Below are positions 38,727 through 52,829 of a stretch of DNA of 64,000 bases, piece by piece. The notes under the pieces were generated by a model. It was not told the origin of the DNA. It saw nothing but the letters and a program-made list of their open reading frames with translations, and searched no databases. Position 1 is the first letter of the stretch, and each line of letters opens with the position of its first letter. Made by a program: the position numbers and the translations under genes. The stretch is from Marsupella aquatica (lineage: Eukaryota; Plantae; Marchantiophyta): NCBI GenBank assembly GCA_973895155.1, contig OZ316898.1, positions 12,299,187-12,363,186 on the forward strand, written 5' to 3'.

Positions 38727-41700
38727 TGTTAGGTTCACGCGTTGTGGTTGTCCAAGGATGGGATGCGGTTGAGGTTGGAAGGAAACCCAAATCTCCTTGA
38801 ATCTGAGCGTTCACCCTGCATATTTGTTAGTATATAGGATTTCTGTTTGGCCCTGTGAAGGTGGGTCGAAGGTGTGCATTGCGCCTAGCTAGGGTGCCCG
38901 TAAGACGCATGTCTAATGGTGGACAGCAAATGCAATTCTATACATCTTATTTGCGAGGCTGAGGGGATGGGAAAAGGTGACTGTACGGAGCCTGTCATTA
39001 TGTTATCTGTATGCCCACCATCTTTCCTCTCCTGCGGGATTCTCAGCATCGGAGCGTAGAGAAAGGGGAAGAAGGCAGGGAGGAGATGTGGAAAAGAGTT
39101 GGCCCTTAGTGTAAGATCTGTAGTTGCTTTGTTTGGGCAGCTTGTCTGCTTTCATTGTTTGGTGTAAAGACGGTCTTGTTCCTCCCTCAGCATCCAATGT
39201 GCTTCTGTCGTCAATAGCCCCGTTATGGCGTTTTATGAGGTGTTCTACTTCCATATGAAGCACTGTAATAGGGGAACATCTGATGCGGGCTTCAACTGGA
39301 CTTTTCTCACAGCCAGGTCACTTCCAAGTAAGCCGTTATTCTTGTAGATTAGATGCGTTACTTGTAGTTGGCAGTTGGAGTTACAGTGCAGGATCCCTTA
39401 ACTGAAAGAGATCGGCTTGTGGGGTTGGCTTTGGTACTGGTTTGTAAGGAAGTGGAGCAATTATCATCAGTGCTTGGACTGAGTCGGATATCCCCACTGT
39501 CGGTGGGCCTTTTGTCTAAAAGCTCAAAATATGCAACTATGCTGTATTGGTACATCAATTGTCTCAAAACGTGGATACGAATCGCTCTATCCATCCTGAT
39601 TTATGTTACTGGCAATGGCAGTTGTGCCAGTTGTGCGTAACCTCGTTCGTTTGCCACTTGGCGTGCACAACTGAACTTACACCCTTTGAACGTCAAGCAT
39701 GACCATATTTTTACTCGTTCCAGTTGAGTTGATTACTTCCGATGGCGGGAGCGTTCTTTTAATTATGCCAGATTCCAGGCCATTGACGAAGTTTTGGACG
39801 TTTTTGCGGTTTTACTTGAACATTATTTAGGTTTGGGGCAGTAGGATCTCCTCCAGTTGTTTTCGTTGGGGACACATGAAGGTTCTTAAAGTGGCACGAC
39901 AAGTTAGGAGTCTGTCCTTCATTGAGACGTTCTCAATTGTCCTGGACTTTTGGTAGAAATTGCAGTTCTTACGAATAGGAGAAACTCATTAGCTATTGCT
40001 ACTCGATTGTTAATTAGTAGATCATGTCTTGATAGCGGTTGTCCTGGTTCTTACCTTTCTCCTTTCATCCCTGTTGCCTCCCTATTTGTCCCTTGTGGTT
40101 AGATACAGAATTCCATTTTGTGCAAGTTTTGAATTTTGACTCCATGCACGTGGCACTGGTGTGAAGAAGCTGATGCTAATGCGGAGTGTTCTGAGACCAG
40201 TCACATTGCAACTTTGCTATGAATGTCGTCTAGGAGTCTCCCTTCTATGTTTGGTCTTTTGATCTAGATGGCCTCTGCGGTACCAAAGCAAGATATGCCG
40301 GTATCCCTTTGAGTTGTACTGGTTTATCCTTTTGTACATGAGTACGTAAAGTTTTTCTTGAGATTTGACTGCGTCAAAGATGCTTTGTTTTCTGTTGCTT
40401 TTCCTTAGAGTCTATCTCTTTATGCTATAATCCCGAACAGGACCTTTTGCAGTTTTTGGGAGTTATATTCTTAAGATATGAGGTAATGGCTGCTGGTGAT
40501 CTTGTTCAGTTAGCCTTGTAGCTAGAGGACGTGAGAACAATAAGCTGACGAAGGCTGCTGCCAGGTTAAGTTCTTTATAATCTGTCTGGAGTTGTGGGAT
40601 TGAGGTGCATTCAGTTAGTCGTAGCGGAGGGATGTGAAGGCGAGATGCTGATGAAGGCTGCTGCCAGGTTAAGTTCTTTTTAATATGATTGCGGAGTTGT
40701 GAGATTGATGTACATTTGGATACAAGGGCTTATGTGGAAGTAGTGGGCATTATATCTAGTTTAGAGATTTGAAGTGCAGGTAGATTGAAACATTAATTTG
40801 AAGAAAGTTCCCCCACAGGCACGTGTAGGACAATGAGTCCGCTTAGGTTGCCAGCTCGGATCATGAAGGAATTCTGCTTCGTCCACTTGATTGCTGTTAT
40901 TTTAGTTGGATTACGCTACCTTAATTAGAGGTGGGGAACTTGGAAGATTTCCTTTGATATCTTAGTTTTACATACCATTCTGTGCCAGTTTTGAACTTCT
41001 TCGGCATCCGTGAGAAGTGCTGTAAAAATGATGGATGAAAGACCACCCGCCGTCAATAACTTCTGCCGAACCTGTAATGTTGCGATAGCAAATGAACTAG
41101 ACGGAGACATAGGAGGTGGTGTTTAGCCGTGCTTGGATTTAAGTAAAAGTCCTCCATTGAGTCTTCAGAGTCTTGCTTGAACATTTCCAATCCTGGAAGG
41201 TATTCTTTTCCACTATGTCTGCCAACAAAGGTGAAGAGGCATGTTAAAAGTGTATGGTGAGACAATTTGGTGTCACATGGATGACACCCAATTGGCAGTT
41301 TAGCCTAGACAACAGCTATTCAAGACTTGAAACCTGCAATTTTCTCGCCAACTAGTAAAAAATGTTTGATTGAGCTACTGGACACCATAGAAGCTTCATC
41401 TTCCCAGTCAGATTTTCTCAAAATGAGTGAGGACATTTGTGCCACTTGATGTAGTTGTGGACCCTGTGACCTGGACCTTTTGGTAATATTGAGGTTTATG
41501 TCACTGTTCTAAGACTCCTAACAATTATAGAGCTGCCTGGCTCACAAGGAGTCGTATTCGTCTGAGGAATGGTCTACCCATTAAAATTTTTCAGATCCGT
41601 CCTAGAGAATTGTTCCCGTACTGGACTCTCTGGTGAGATGTCTTCAGAATGTCGCTTTGCTTGTAAGCGCTGTGGTAATTCTCATCCCAGTCAAGAGATC

Positions 41701-43225
41701 GAATTTCAGCTTTCTAAATGAATCGAGGACTCGAGCTGTCGGAGCTTTCAGATATCTGCAGGGTGGGTTGAGACCATCTCAAGTAGAGCAGAATCTGCAT
41801 TTCTAATAAATGCGAGCCTATTTCCCATTTCTGATAATTACGAGCCTATTTCCCAAGCACACACTGCTCCATGGATACTATAAATACTTCTGATGCTGGA
41901 AACACCAAGAGTGGTGATCTTTAACCTTCTCTGTTTGCAGATACTCATGTGCAAACCCTGTTTTTGCCTTCCAACTGATAAAACCATATGTAAGGCCAGC
42001 AAAGAGGTGGGAAAGAACATTATTATGAATATATGTACATATACAAATACATGCCTATACACAAGGAGTATCCCATGAAGATCTAAGGGCTGGAGTGACT
42101 CATGGCAAATAAAATATTGGCACAACAGCATTGGCAAGAAATGCATATGAGATACTATTTGGGAGAAAACTTTTAAGTATACGATAAAGAGATCTAAATC
42201 TAGTCTTCAGGGCCCACTGTTTAGTGTAGAGCCTCTAGATTGTGAATTGGGGTATGACTGATGTTGAGGGTGCAAGTGCAAAATGGGGACTGGATGCAAA
42301 AGATGAATGTTGCCACACTGGTAATAAGTTTTCCCACATGTGACTTGTCCATGATAACTTATTCAGGTTTTACCGGCCTTCGTGGCTTGTGGCCTGCTTG
42401 GCTTCCCCTCATCTGTGTGGTGTAAGTGGAATAAATGCTACACGCCATAACAAATTTCAGAGAAAAAAAATGTCACTGAGTCAATACTGACTTCGATAAC
42501 AAGGTGGACCATTTGACCTTAGGACCCAAATGAACCAAACACTTTTTGACACCTGAAACTCTGAGAACTGAATTGGAGAAAGTAGTTTACCCTTAGGACC
42601 TAAATGAACCAAACCCTTTGTTTGAGACTTGAAACGGTGAGAATTTACACAACAAAACGTTGAGATTTTCATTCTTCAGGGGTAGAAACACACAAATGGC
42701 AAACTTTCATTCCACAAACGGAAGCACAGGAAACATTGAAGTGCCACTTGGCAGAGAACAGAATGCACTAGTTTATCCTTCCCAGACCCAAAGAGTCTCA
42801 TGCCTCCAGCCAGCTGCAAAAAAGGTTGGTTGGAGAAATGTTCAGCTGATTCTACAAAAGCTCGTGATCGTCATCCCTCCTAGCTCAAGCACGAAGAAAC
42901 CCAGAGTTCCAGACTTCAGAGGTCTGTTCTTCAGTACGCTCATCAATCAGTTCAAGTGAATCCATCCTCGAGGGTGTTGCTCCAACCCACCCACGGCATC
43001 ACCAGCAGTTGCACCGGGGGAGCGAATTTCAATATGTCGTCCGTCGTCAGTCCCTGTTTTGCAATGTGGGCTCTCTCTCTCCCTCTCTCTCTTCTCTCTC
43101 TCTGATCATTTACTTGACCGGTTGTTTAACCCAATTCACATCTCTCGTTCGTTGAGCCAGCTGATTGATAGAAAATGCTTTCTCCTCACTCATGTACTCT
43201 GAATTGATTGTTTCTAAGGTAATTG

Positions 43226-46200
43226 ATGGACGCATTGAGAGGCGCCTTCTCTCTGCTCTGCTCTGAAGAACACACGTCTCTCCTAATTTTTCGAATTTGC
43301 TGTGCTTTGGATCGCAGGGCTCCGGTGTGTCGAGGAATGGATCTCAATAGAGGTGGAGCCTGTCGACCGCGCCGTAGCATTGCTCTGCTCCGGATTTCAT
43401 GGGCAGGTATCGTGTGATCTTGACCACTGAGGTGTGGACTGAGTGGTCGTCTTTTCTCGCTGGGTTTTCGTTCTCAAGCTCAGAGGATTTCATTTCGATT
43501 CGCTAAGATGCTGCCCGCTCACTGTCGCATTCTTTTGGTGCGTTGAAGGTAACCGGAGTCTGAGATTTCCTTCGTCCCGGAGGATTCCGAATTGCTCTGC
43601 TCCACTTGCAAGGACGGAAAAGCATGCCCAATTTTGGTCATCAGCAAAGGTAAATCACAGACTGTACCTTGAATCTTAGTCGGCTAATCTACAGATGTAG
43701 AAGGCAAATGAAATACTGAGGTCGCCTATTCACTATTCTAAAGTGTGATAATAGTGTTGCTCCTCTAAGGTTTCCCATGGTCTTGATTTCTTTACCGCAG
43801 TCCTTCTCTCATCTGATATGGATTCTGACACGATTTTGTAGACAACGAGATGCGATATCAGGAGTAAACCTCAAACCTTGGAAACCTGGTAAGTGTGGGA
43901 CAAAATAACCATTTACGGTAGGTCCCTAGGGAATGAGTTCCGGAAAATTTTTGTCCTTAGGACTAGTGGACACTAAATGTACTAGATGAGAAGTTCAAGA
44001 CGAAAGGAGTTTTTAATTCAAAACTTGTATAGAGCCAGGAGAAGTTCAAGAGAAAAGGAGTTTGTAACTCAAAACATGTATAGAGCGTGATGCACTTCTG
44101 CTCTCTCTCCAACTCAATCCTAATAAGAAGGTTGCGAAGATGCTTCATATGTAAACTGCCGGGTACGTGAAAGAACCTACTATATTTGCTTCCCCAGGCT
44201 GAAATGTTGACCGATCCCAATGTGAATGAGCTAGGACGTCTTGATTGGGTATGTACTTCATAATAAACATTCCTTTGGGATCCCTTTCAGTAATGTACTA
44301 AGCAGTAGGTTTCCTTTGTTTGTTGGATTGCAAAAAGGTCTATGGAGGAAACTTATGATGCTTTGGCACAACGGCTGCTGGAAACAGCAAGGACTCTTGG
44401 TTCACGTGAAAAGTACGAGTCCTATTCCTTACTCAGAGTTGTCGTCCCTGCTTGTAAACAGTGTGTTTCATCTATGCACGTCATCTGCCTCTACGATGCT
44501 AAGATCTACTGAAAGATTGGGAAAAGATATTGCAGTGGAACATCCAGCAATGCCTAGAACAATGGTTTAACCTCCAGACTTCCAGCTCCTGGCGAATGTT
44601 GTCCTGAATAGCATAGGTTCCCGCTGCAATCCACACAGTTCGTGTTTCTGGTTGTGGATGTGTTTCGGACTGTAGATCCTAAATTATTGCTATGTTTCAT
44701 TCACAGACGAATTTTTGGTTTGCTAAGAGCATTTTCTCAGTATTCTTCTAAATGGTTGTGGTAACTGGTAACTAAAATTATGAAATGTTGAAGGAACATT
44801 CTGGCTTGAATTGCCAGAATTGCATGACATCGGGGAAAAGTTAAAAAAAAGAAGTCACATACTGCCTATATGTCTTTGTATCTGGGTAGGTACATTGTTG
44901 GCTTAGCGGGTCCTCCAGGCGCCGGAAAATCGACAGTTGCTACTGAAGTGGTGGGAAGACTAAATAAGCTGTGGACCGAGGGAAGATCCGCATTAAAAAA
45001 AACAACTGATGTTTCTGTGGCAGTTCCTATGGATGGGTTCCATTTGTATCGGTGGCAACTTGATGCTATGGACGTAAGAATTTCTTCGTTGTCCACTGGT
45101 TTCCTGCCTTTGCTCGTCTAACAACACTACCGTAAACATGAGTATGCATGTTCCTTAGCTTGGTAATAATTGTTGCTGCTCGTTGGTGATCACGGTGGAA
45201 ATGTTCGCTTTGACAGGATCCAACTGAAGCTCATGCACGAAGAGGAGGTGTTTTCCCTTTCCTTTAAACACACGTCTAGGTTCTAACAAGATTGTAGGAC
45301 AATTCAGCATTCAGCATGTACAAATGTAGAAACTGGAATAAGGGAAATTCTTTGATTTGCAGTCAGAGTTCCTCAAGTGTTCAGTAGAAATGAAATGATA
45401 AGCTTGTGTTCATCGTTAGCAGGCCATTTTGGTGTTCTGGAGACATGTCGTGTTTGTAGGAATTTTTCGCTACTCGAATATTCTGGCTGCTCACCCCTGT
45501 TTGTAACCTGCTGTTTGTTACTGCTTAGGCCCTTGCTAGCCTCGTTGGTGTATGTCTACTGCACTTGATTTATGCTTGGACCTTTAAACTCGAGGGTTTT
45601 GGCTAACTTGATGGCTGTTGTTTTGTTTAGCCCCTTGGACATTTGATCCAGTCAGGTTGGTGGATTGTCTCAAGATCTTGCGAGAGAAGGTTAGTGGAGC
45701 TTTAGACTTATATGGCAAATATGTGGCAAGTATCTATTGTATGAAGAAGGGCTACAAATTAGGTTTTGACGAAAGTTACCTTGAGCCATTTACCTGGAGC
45801 CATTTAAATTGGTGGATAGTCTTCTCGCAAAAGAAGGTTGGCGGTTATTCAGAATTCACTGGGATATTTGTCGTTTCTTAAGACAGTCGAGGGGTTTGAG
45901 GTAAGTTATGGCGAGGACCCTATCAGTCTAGTTCTGCGTTTTAAAAGTCCATCCCGAGGATAAACCGTTCTGACATGATTCACCTCTTTCATAACAATTT
46001 CAGGGTTCTGCGTCCTTCCCATCATTTGATCATGGTATGGGGGACCCTATTGAAGATGACGTCTATGTGGAAGACGGGTACCCTCTTAATCCCTTCATGT
46101 AGGGAAAAAATAGCCTCCTGTCACATCCTTTGGTGAGAGACTTCTGCCTAAGAATTTGCAAAATGGACGCGACAATATAAAACAATGTACAGTTAAGTAT

Positions 46201-46985
46201 AGTGATAGCAAGATCAAAGGATATGATTCTTTGGCACGTCTTTCTAAGGTATTGAGCCTCAGGGTTTTGTGGAATTGCGACAGGCATAAGGTGGTATTAG
46301 TGGAAGGCAACTATCTGCTGTTGACAGAGGGTGCATGGAATGATCTTGGTGACATGTTTGATGAGCGATGGTAATCTCGTACCGCCGCTAACAATTTTGG
46401 ATGTTTCAGGATTTCTAAATGACAGGTTACCCACTTCGTTGCTGGCTTTGTTTAATAATGACACGGGTTTTATTACTGAGCCGTTGGATTTGATTGTATT
46501 TCGTAAAATGTTCAGCTATTGAGAATTATGATTGAAACTTCTGCCAGGTTCGTTGAAATAGATCTCGATACAGCTATGGGCAGATTAGAAAGACGACACG
46601 TGCTTACAGGTAAAGAGTTAGTTCCTGTCACTTTATAGTATTAATTTAATGTCCCTTATTAATGGAACTTATTCTAATCATTGATTTATTGTGGCAGGAA
46701 AACCCCCAGAACTTGCGAAGAGGCATGTAAGGACCTCCACCATATCTTGCATTGTTTAGGAATTTTCCTTCTTTTGATGTTGTATTGTCTTCTATGCTTA
46801 GGTCCTGTTGACACTGTCAGATGAAGTCAAGCAGAGCTGCTGTGTATGTGATCGTGACCACGCCTGAATATTTGTTCAACAAGCAGGTTGCATACAATGA
46901 TCGACCAAATGCTGAACTAATTCAGCAGTCGAGATGGAATGCAGATCTGTGGATACAGTCAATTCCTGATCCAGTTGTAGCATAG
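43226..46985 (+). CDS. Uridine-kinase/phosphoribulokinase-like P-loop kinase (YFH7/C227.14-like), ~12 exons, probable organellar transit peptide; start uncertain (ATG 43226 or 43337)
   Basis: In-phase exons give ...SMEETYDALAQRLL, YIVGLAGPPGAGKST, VPMDGFHLY, DPTEAHARRG|APWTFDP, FPSFDHGMGDPIEDD, HKVVLVEGNYLLL, FVEIDLDTAMGRLERRH and VAYNDRPNAELIQQSRWNADL..., with stop TAG at 46983-46985. Confidence 0.9.
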
Positions 46986-47814
46986 TGCTGAAATGTCAAT
47001 AATGTATAATAAAGTACTCTATGTAAAGCGCAGGACTTTGATCAGTAGGTTTGAAGCTAGATTACAGCTACTACCTGTTCCACGGTGTAGGGAGAATCCC
47101 ACACCATTCTGCAAGATTGGAACATGCATAGGTGACATTAAAACACTTATAGCATGAAACCTCAAGTGGATAGTTCTCTAAATACCTGTGACGGAACAGG
47201 AATCTGCAGCAATGGTGTGTGCATTATATTTGGATTAGGTAGGTCTTTTGCTGTCTACCAACAAAATTCTATGCTGGTGTAAGAAGATATCATGGACATA
47301 TTATGGGTGGTGTGTTTACCAGCATTGCTTGACCGTCCAGAGTCATATGGCAATTTGTATCTCCCTCAAACCACGCTGTAATGAGGTTTCATACAGCATT
47401 TGGGAGCTATTTGATGCTACCTCGCTTGAATCTGAAAATAAGTCATGATTGCTTAGTCCGCAGCTGCATACTAATCTGAGATTCAATCCTTGGGGGCTTT
47501 GTTGGTCTTGTGGGCGAGTTAATGAAGAGAACACATCAAATAAGGTCCTCCCTACAGAATGGCGTGTCGCATGGAGCCCAATAAATGGAACTGGCCACAA
47601 GTTATCTGGATTTTGACACAAAGCTCACTTCTATTGAGTTTAGCTCTGTAAGCACTAAATTCAATTCTCTTTTATTCCACTAGCTCATAACTCCTACCTT
47701 ACAAATGGACACAAGCTTTACCACAGACCTCATTAAGTAATTTCAATGGGAAGTGAAGCATGTACTTGGACTGCAACCTTGTCCATTCAATTATTTTTGA
47801 TCAACCATATCATT

Positions 47815-48065
47815 CCATAACGTGGTTACTTCGGCTGAAAAAACAAAACCTTTCATTTTGAGGTTTATTTGAGCTCTTCTTTGCAAGAACGATACAGTGA
47901 CCAACTTGGCAGGTCCGCCCGTTGCCCAATGGCACCGCATAAGAGGAAACGTGTCAATCATGCGACGCCCAGTCGCCACTTGGCGTCCGCGGTCCAATCA
48001 GGAGTAGCGTAACTCCTCCCCCATTGGAGAACATCATGGGAACATTTTTACCCTATTGGGTCCTC
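47815..48065 (+). promoter_or_regulatory. Putative promoter with ABRE/G-box-like and CCAAT elements
   Basis: ACGTGG (47820), ACGTGTC (47949), GCCACTTGGC (47975) and four CCAAT/ATTGG motifs are clustered upstream of the orphan gene. Confidence 0.45.
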
Positions 48066-48154
48066 CGGTGATATATGATTGAACGCATTCCAAATGTCTG
48101 GAAGATTTGGAAGACTCGAGCAATGATGGTGGTACGCTCGCTCGTTACACTATT

Positions 48155-48640
48155 GGGAGAGAAAGAATCGAACGAAACTGATTTGGGCAGGTTCGTATCT
48201 CGTAATCTCCCGTGCTTATGAGGTAATTTGCTAGCATTTGATCACCAGTTCAGCCGTGCTCTGCGGATAGGATTTAGAGAAGGGGGCAGGTTCGCAATTT
48301 CCTTTGCTTGTGAAGCTGGGAGAGAAAGAATCGAACGAAACCGAAGTGGGCAGGTTTGTAACTTGTAATTTCCCGTGCTTATGAAGTAGTTTGCTAGCAT
48401 TTGGTCACCAGTCATCCGTGCTCTGCGGATAGGATTTAGAGAAGGGGGCAGGTTCGCAATTTCCTTTGCTTGTGAAGTTGGGAGACACGGAGAATCGAAC
48501 GAAACTGAAGTGGGCAGGTTTGCAGGTCGTAGTGTCCCTTGCTTGTGAAGCAGTTTGGCAGCATTTGATCACCAGTTCACCAGTGCTCTGCGGATAGGAT
48601 TTAGAGGTGCTTGGGCAGGTTGGTTCGCAATTGTGATTGC
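48155..48640. repeat. ~162-bp tandem repeat, 3 copies, with internal gggcaggttcg...tgcttgtgaag subrepeats
   Basis: Units begin at ~48155, ~48318 and ~48480. Probably lies in a 5'-UTR intron ending at tttcag (49166). Confidence 0.85.
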
Positions 48641-49167
48641 TCCTCTAAGGCATTTTGGCAGAATCTGATCTGATTAACCCTGCATGTGTGAAGTGTTCGA
48701 TCTGCGGATGTAAAAGCCACAATATTCATTCGGTATTGGAATTTGGTGACGCAGCTCAGCACCATCGGGCGGAAGAGTTGCATGATCTGACCTCGTCGTC
48801 TGGGAATTGAGAAGGAAGCTGCTTGGATTGCATAGGTCTTGAGGGATAGACAAGGAATCGATTTGGGCGGCAGAAGGACAAACAGGTTGGAGTAGAACGG
48901 GGTTAGCCGGGCAGAGGTGGGGTTGAGGATTGAGTGGAATAGGCTGGGAGCTTGAAACACTTGGTCTGCATTTGTCTTTCGTTGTTGAGGAGGAACGACA
49001 GCCTGGACGACAGCTTGGAAAGAACCTCTCTGGCTTAGCTTTTGGGGCGCTTGTTCTCAATTTGGCTTTGGGGAGGTGATTTTGGACGACTGCGAAGGCA
49101 GGATCGATATTTGGGTAATTTGAGTTCAACAAAACTTGAATCCTCGGGCTAGGTTTGCCGTTTCAGG

Positions 49168-50671
49168 ATGATGGGTAAAGTCAGTGCGCTGGTGGTGCGC
49201 AGTCTACGACTGTCGACCTCCGAGTTGGGCAGTATAAGCCAGAAAGGATTCGAGCGGGATCATCGGATTATGGTGAGTTTTCTGACTCCTACAGTTTCTG
49301 TACTTGGAACCGTTTCACAAAACGTTTATGATCTTTGTAGTAGAAATTGTGGTATCTAGCTGCACTGCCGGATCTCTAAAAGGGGATCAGCATCATCGTC
49401 TGTGGAATCGAATCGAGGCCACTGAAAAGATGACTGGGGGTGCTATAATTGTGCCGCTCGATCAATACTGGTCTTAGTCACCAGTATCATTATCACCGGC
49501 GTTCATAAAATTTTACGAAACAATTCGGAGATGGAAATTCCTGTTGTCCTTGAGCTGCAGAGAGACGAGAGAAAGTGCATCATATACTTCACTAGGTAGA
49601 TCCTCTTTCTTGACTTTTGAGTGCGAAAATTGGAGGTATATTATTTCGACGGGAAGAGATGCCTTTCCAAGCTTCACAACTGAGAGCAGTTCTTCCAGTA
49701 AGATTTCTCCTTTTTGACTTTTGAGAGATAAAACTGAAGGGATACCAACGGACAGAAGCATAGTATATACCTAGATTGGGTGAGATGCCTTCCAAGCTTC
49801 TGGCAAACCAACGATATTTCATTTAAGTGCAGACCGTGTAATTCGTTTCTCTGTCGGTGTGGATACGTGTGCTGAATTGTGCAACCTGTGCTGAATTGTG
49901 CGACCTGCTTCTCAGAATTTCAACTATAGAATTATCGTCGTCTTGACAGTCCCTACCTCTGACTAGTCATGCGTAGTGGTTTAGAGTTTGTTACAGAGAG
50001 CACGACTCTCGTCATGGGCTTGTACGTTCCTGATTTCTCCATTTCCAGTCTAGTGTTGCGTAGTTGGATGGCATCCTTCCAATCAAGATGATGGGAATGA
50101 ATTCATTGAGCCCATTTCATTCATTCATTGAGCCCATTTCATTCATTCATTTGATCGAGAGAGGTGTCGCGAAATGATTGGGAACTATTTGGGTTGGCGT
50201 GAAGGCTGGCGGGTACGTAGGTTAACCGCAATGGTACTTATCAGTCATTGAATCTTAGTGAAGGCACGGAAGATTGATTGTTGTACTTGCGTCGACCTGT
50301 CGTTGGCTCAGGATTCGCTCCGACATTACAGCCAAAGCTCCACGTCGGGCTGGGGCACGGGAGAGCCTCTTGAAGAGGATACACAGGAGCGGGGGGTTAG
50401 TCCTTCATCCACTGGCACTGCGGAGAAGCCCAGTGGCAGACACAGTGAACCCACCTCCGCATCGGGCCTCGACACAGGAAGCGAAGTAGGAGGAGGTGAG
50501 CAGAAGCAAGCGCCGGCGACGCAGCAGTCCAGGACCGGCGGAGACATGTCGGACGAGGGTCAGGTTCACACTCCAAACCTTCAGAAGATGCGTAGCACTC
50601 GCGACATCATCGACAGTGCGGGCAAAGAGAAGGAGGAGCGATTGGCATCGGAGAAGAAGAGCCCTACTTAA
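49168..50671 (+). CDS. Unrecognised 154-aa hydrophilic protein, two exons (49168-49272, 50312-50671); putative mitochondrial LEA-like protein
   Basis: The phase-0 intron GTGAGT...GGCTCAG joins MMGKVSALVVRSLRLSTSELGSISQKGFERDHRIM to DSLRHYSQSSTSGWGTGEPLEE...EKKSPT*. A splice acceptor lies just before the ATG. Confidence 0.65.
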
Positions 50672-52829
50672 TTAGATCTGCTCTTTCAGCAAGTTTTTTT
50701 TGTTCTGAACGTCTTCGACCAGTGGGGCCACTCTCCCAGTCGTGCGATGAACTTCATAATTTACTACGTTTCCCTGGGAGCACCTGTTGTCATCTCTTGT
50801 AACCACAACAACAGTCTACACCTGTGAACTTCCAACTTATACGAGGCGGTGAAGTCTGTTTTGTAAGCTGAGTATTGTTGCTCTTGACAGGCTGACAGCG
50901 TCTACATTGAGAGAAACTCAACTATTCAGCTCGAGTAGCAATAACTTAACCCGAAATTGGGGAGGCAGCTCCGTGATCGTTAGCTTGCTTGAGCTGTTAT
51001 GTCCTAAACGTTGCCAGGATTGGCCCCGCAATGGTATGTGTACGATATCACCCTGTGAAGGGGGTGTTCACGAATTTAAGCCACTGGATGACGTCTTCAA
51101 ACGATCACTTCAGATAGCGACAGTGTTACCTTTTCGTCTCACCAGGAGTCCTTATAATACATCCGCCAGTCTGGCCTGTGTGTTATGAAATGCTCTATGA
51201 TTCTGTAATATAATCTATCCAGCAAATACAATAGGAAATGTCCGGAGTGGTTAAGTGACGCTTCACTCGGTAGTATGTTGTGGAGGTCGCCCAAGTGAAC
51301 GCTGGTGAAATGGGATTCCATCCTATATATGGTCTTAGCTTGGAAGAGGGGCATTCGTGGAATGTGATGGAGGGATAACAGTAGTGATGATGATAGTTGT
51401 TCATAAATATTGTCTGTTACGTAGCCATGGCAAAACTTTGATACGACTAGTTAAAACCTTCCGTTGCTCGTTGGTTCATCAATTCCGATCGTTTACTTGG
51501 CGAAGTTATCAATTACAGTACACACTCTGTTTTGGTGGTCGAGCTAAACAGTAGTGAAGCAGTAGATAGCCCCAGACATGGACTGAACTGACTATGATGG
51601 GAGGTTATCTGGTTTGTGAGTTGCGCGGTCTCTGAACATAAGCACATGGAGTTGGGGTCCCAGCTTGCACGATGAAAGCATGCCATCGGTTTTCGCAGAA
51701 AAACCTGTTACTTTTGTGTGTGCATGCACTCCCTTGTGGAGTTGACACTTGCTGTTTCACTTTTTTCAGAGATTGCTCTGCGAACCCGGGAGAAATTGCA
51801 CTAGTTTACATTCAGACCTTGAACATGAATGTGTTGTCGACCTCCCTTTTCTCAGCTGTACTCCCTTGGGAGACAATCTTTTTCAACTTATGTCTCTCAT
51901 TCCTTTCCTGTACGTAAGACTTGAAACATGAACATTAATACTCTGAACCATTGTTCTGATCAAATTCCCAGGTTTAAAGGTTCAGTTGACAAAGCGGGAT
52001 GTTTTTAGCACACATTCAAGAAGTAGTCTTCAATCGTAATTGAATGTTGACCCTGCTCCTCATCACGGCGCAATTCACTTTCTTCATGCGTCGTATTACC
52101 CAAGTGTCTTTGCTTTCAATGTGAATTTCGACTCTGGTCTGCATTACCTCTCAGTTCACTTTTTGCATGCTCAGTATTACCCAAGTTTCGTTCCCTTCAA
52201 ATACTCTTTCTTTGCCTGAAATGTAGTTTTCAGTGTGGATGAAGCTGAAAATCTTCTCCTCATCACATGAACAATTTAAAACTTGCCTGCACAACTCGAG
52301 GATCATAATCTGCCCCTACCAACAAATCTGTGAACTCTTTTAAATTGGCGAAGGCCAATTGCAAAGCGATTTTTTCTGAATATGACTGTGGCCCTGTCCA
52401 AGCTGAAGACAATTCTCCATCTCATTTCAAAACCTGTGTTTACCATCCACGGTTCCTCGAGAAACGTTCGTGTTCTTAACAAGGCTAAGTGGCGTGTTGG
52501 CTCCAATAAACTCCAACTGAAGGGTCTCGTCTACAAGCACTTCCCTTCTGTTGAAATCTGTTTGAAATCTATTCGGAAAACTGTGCCTTCCAAATTTTTG
52601 CTTCCAGTCCTGATCCTATGTCTGTGTCTATGGTGGGTAGCTTGGAGGTGCGAGAGTCAGTTGTTCTGATTCTTTGGTAGACAGCATTTCTTTAGAGCCA
52701 TAAAGCACTCAGTACTTCGTCAGGCCCGAATCTACAAGGTCACATCATTCATAGGAGCTTTGGCTTGAAATTATGGACAAGGTTGGCATAGTAGATGAGG
52801 GTAGTGATTGGAATGTGGGTACACTCTTC

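Noticed and set aside
41533-41545. Match to the start of miR160 (tgcctggctc)
   Set aside because: Only 10 nt match and there is no precursor hairpin.
51232-51340. tRNA-Ser/Leu-like A box (CCGGAGTGGTTAAG)
   Set aside because: No B box or cloverleaf follows.
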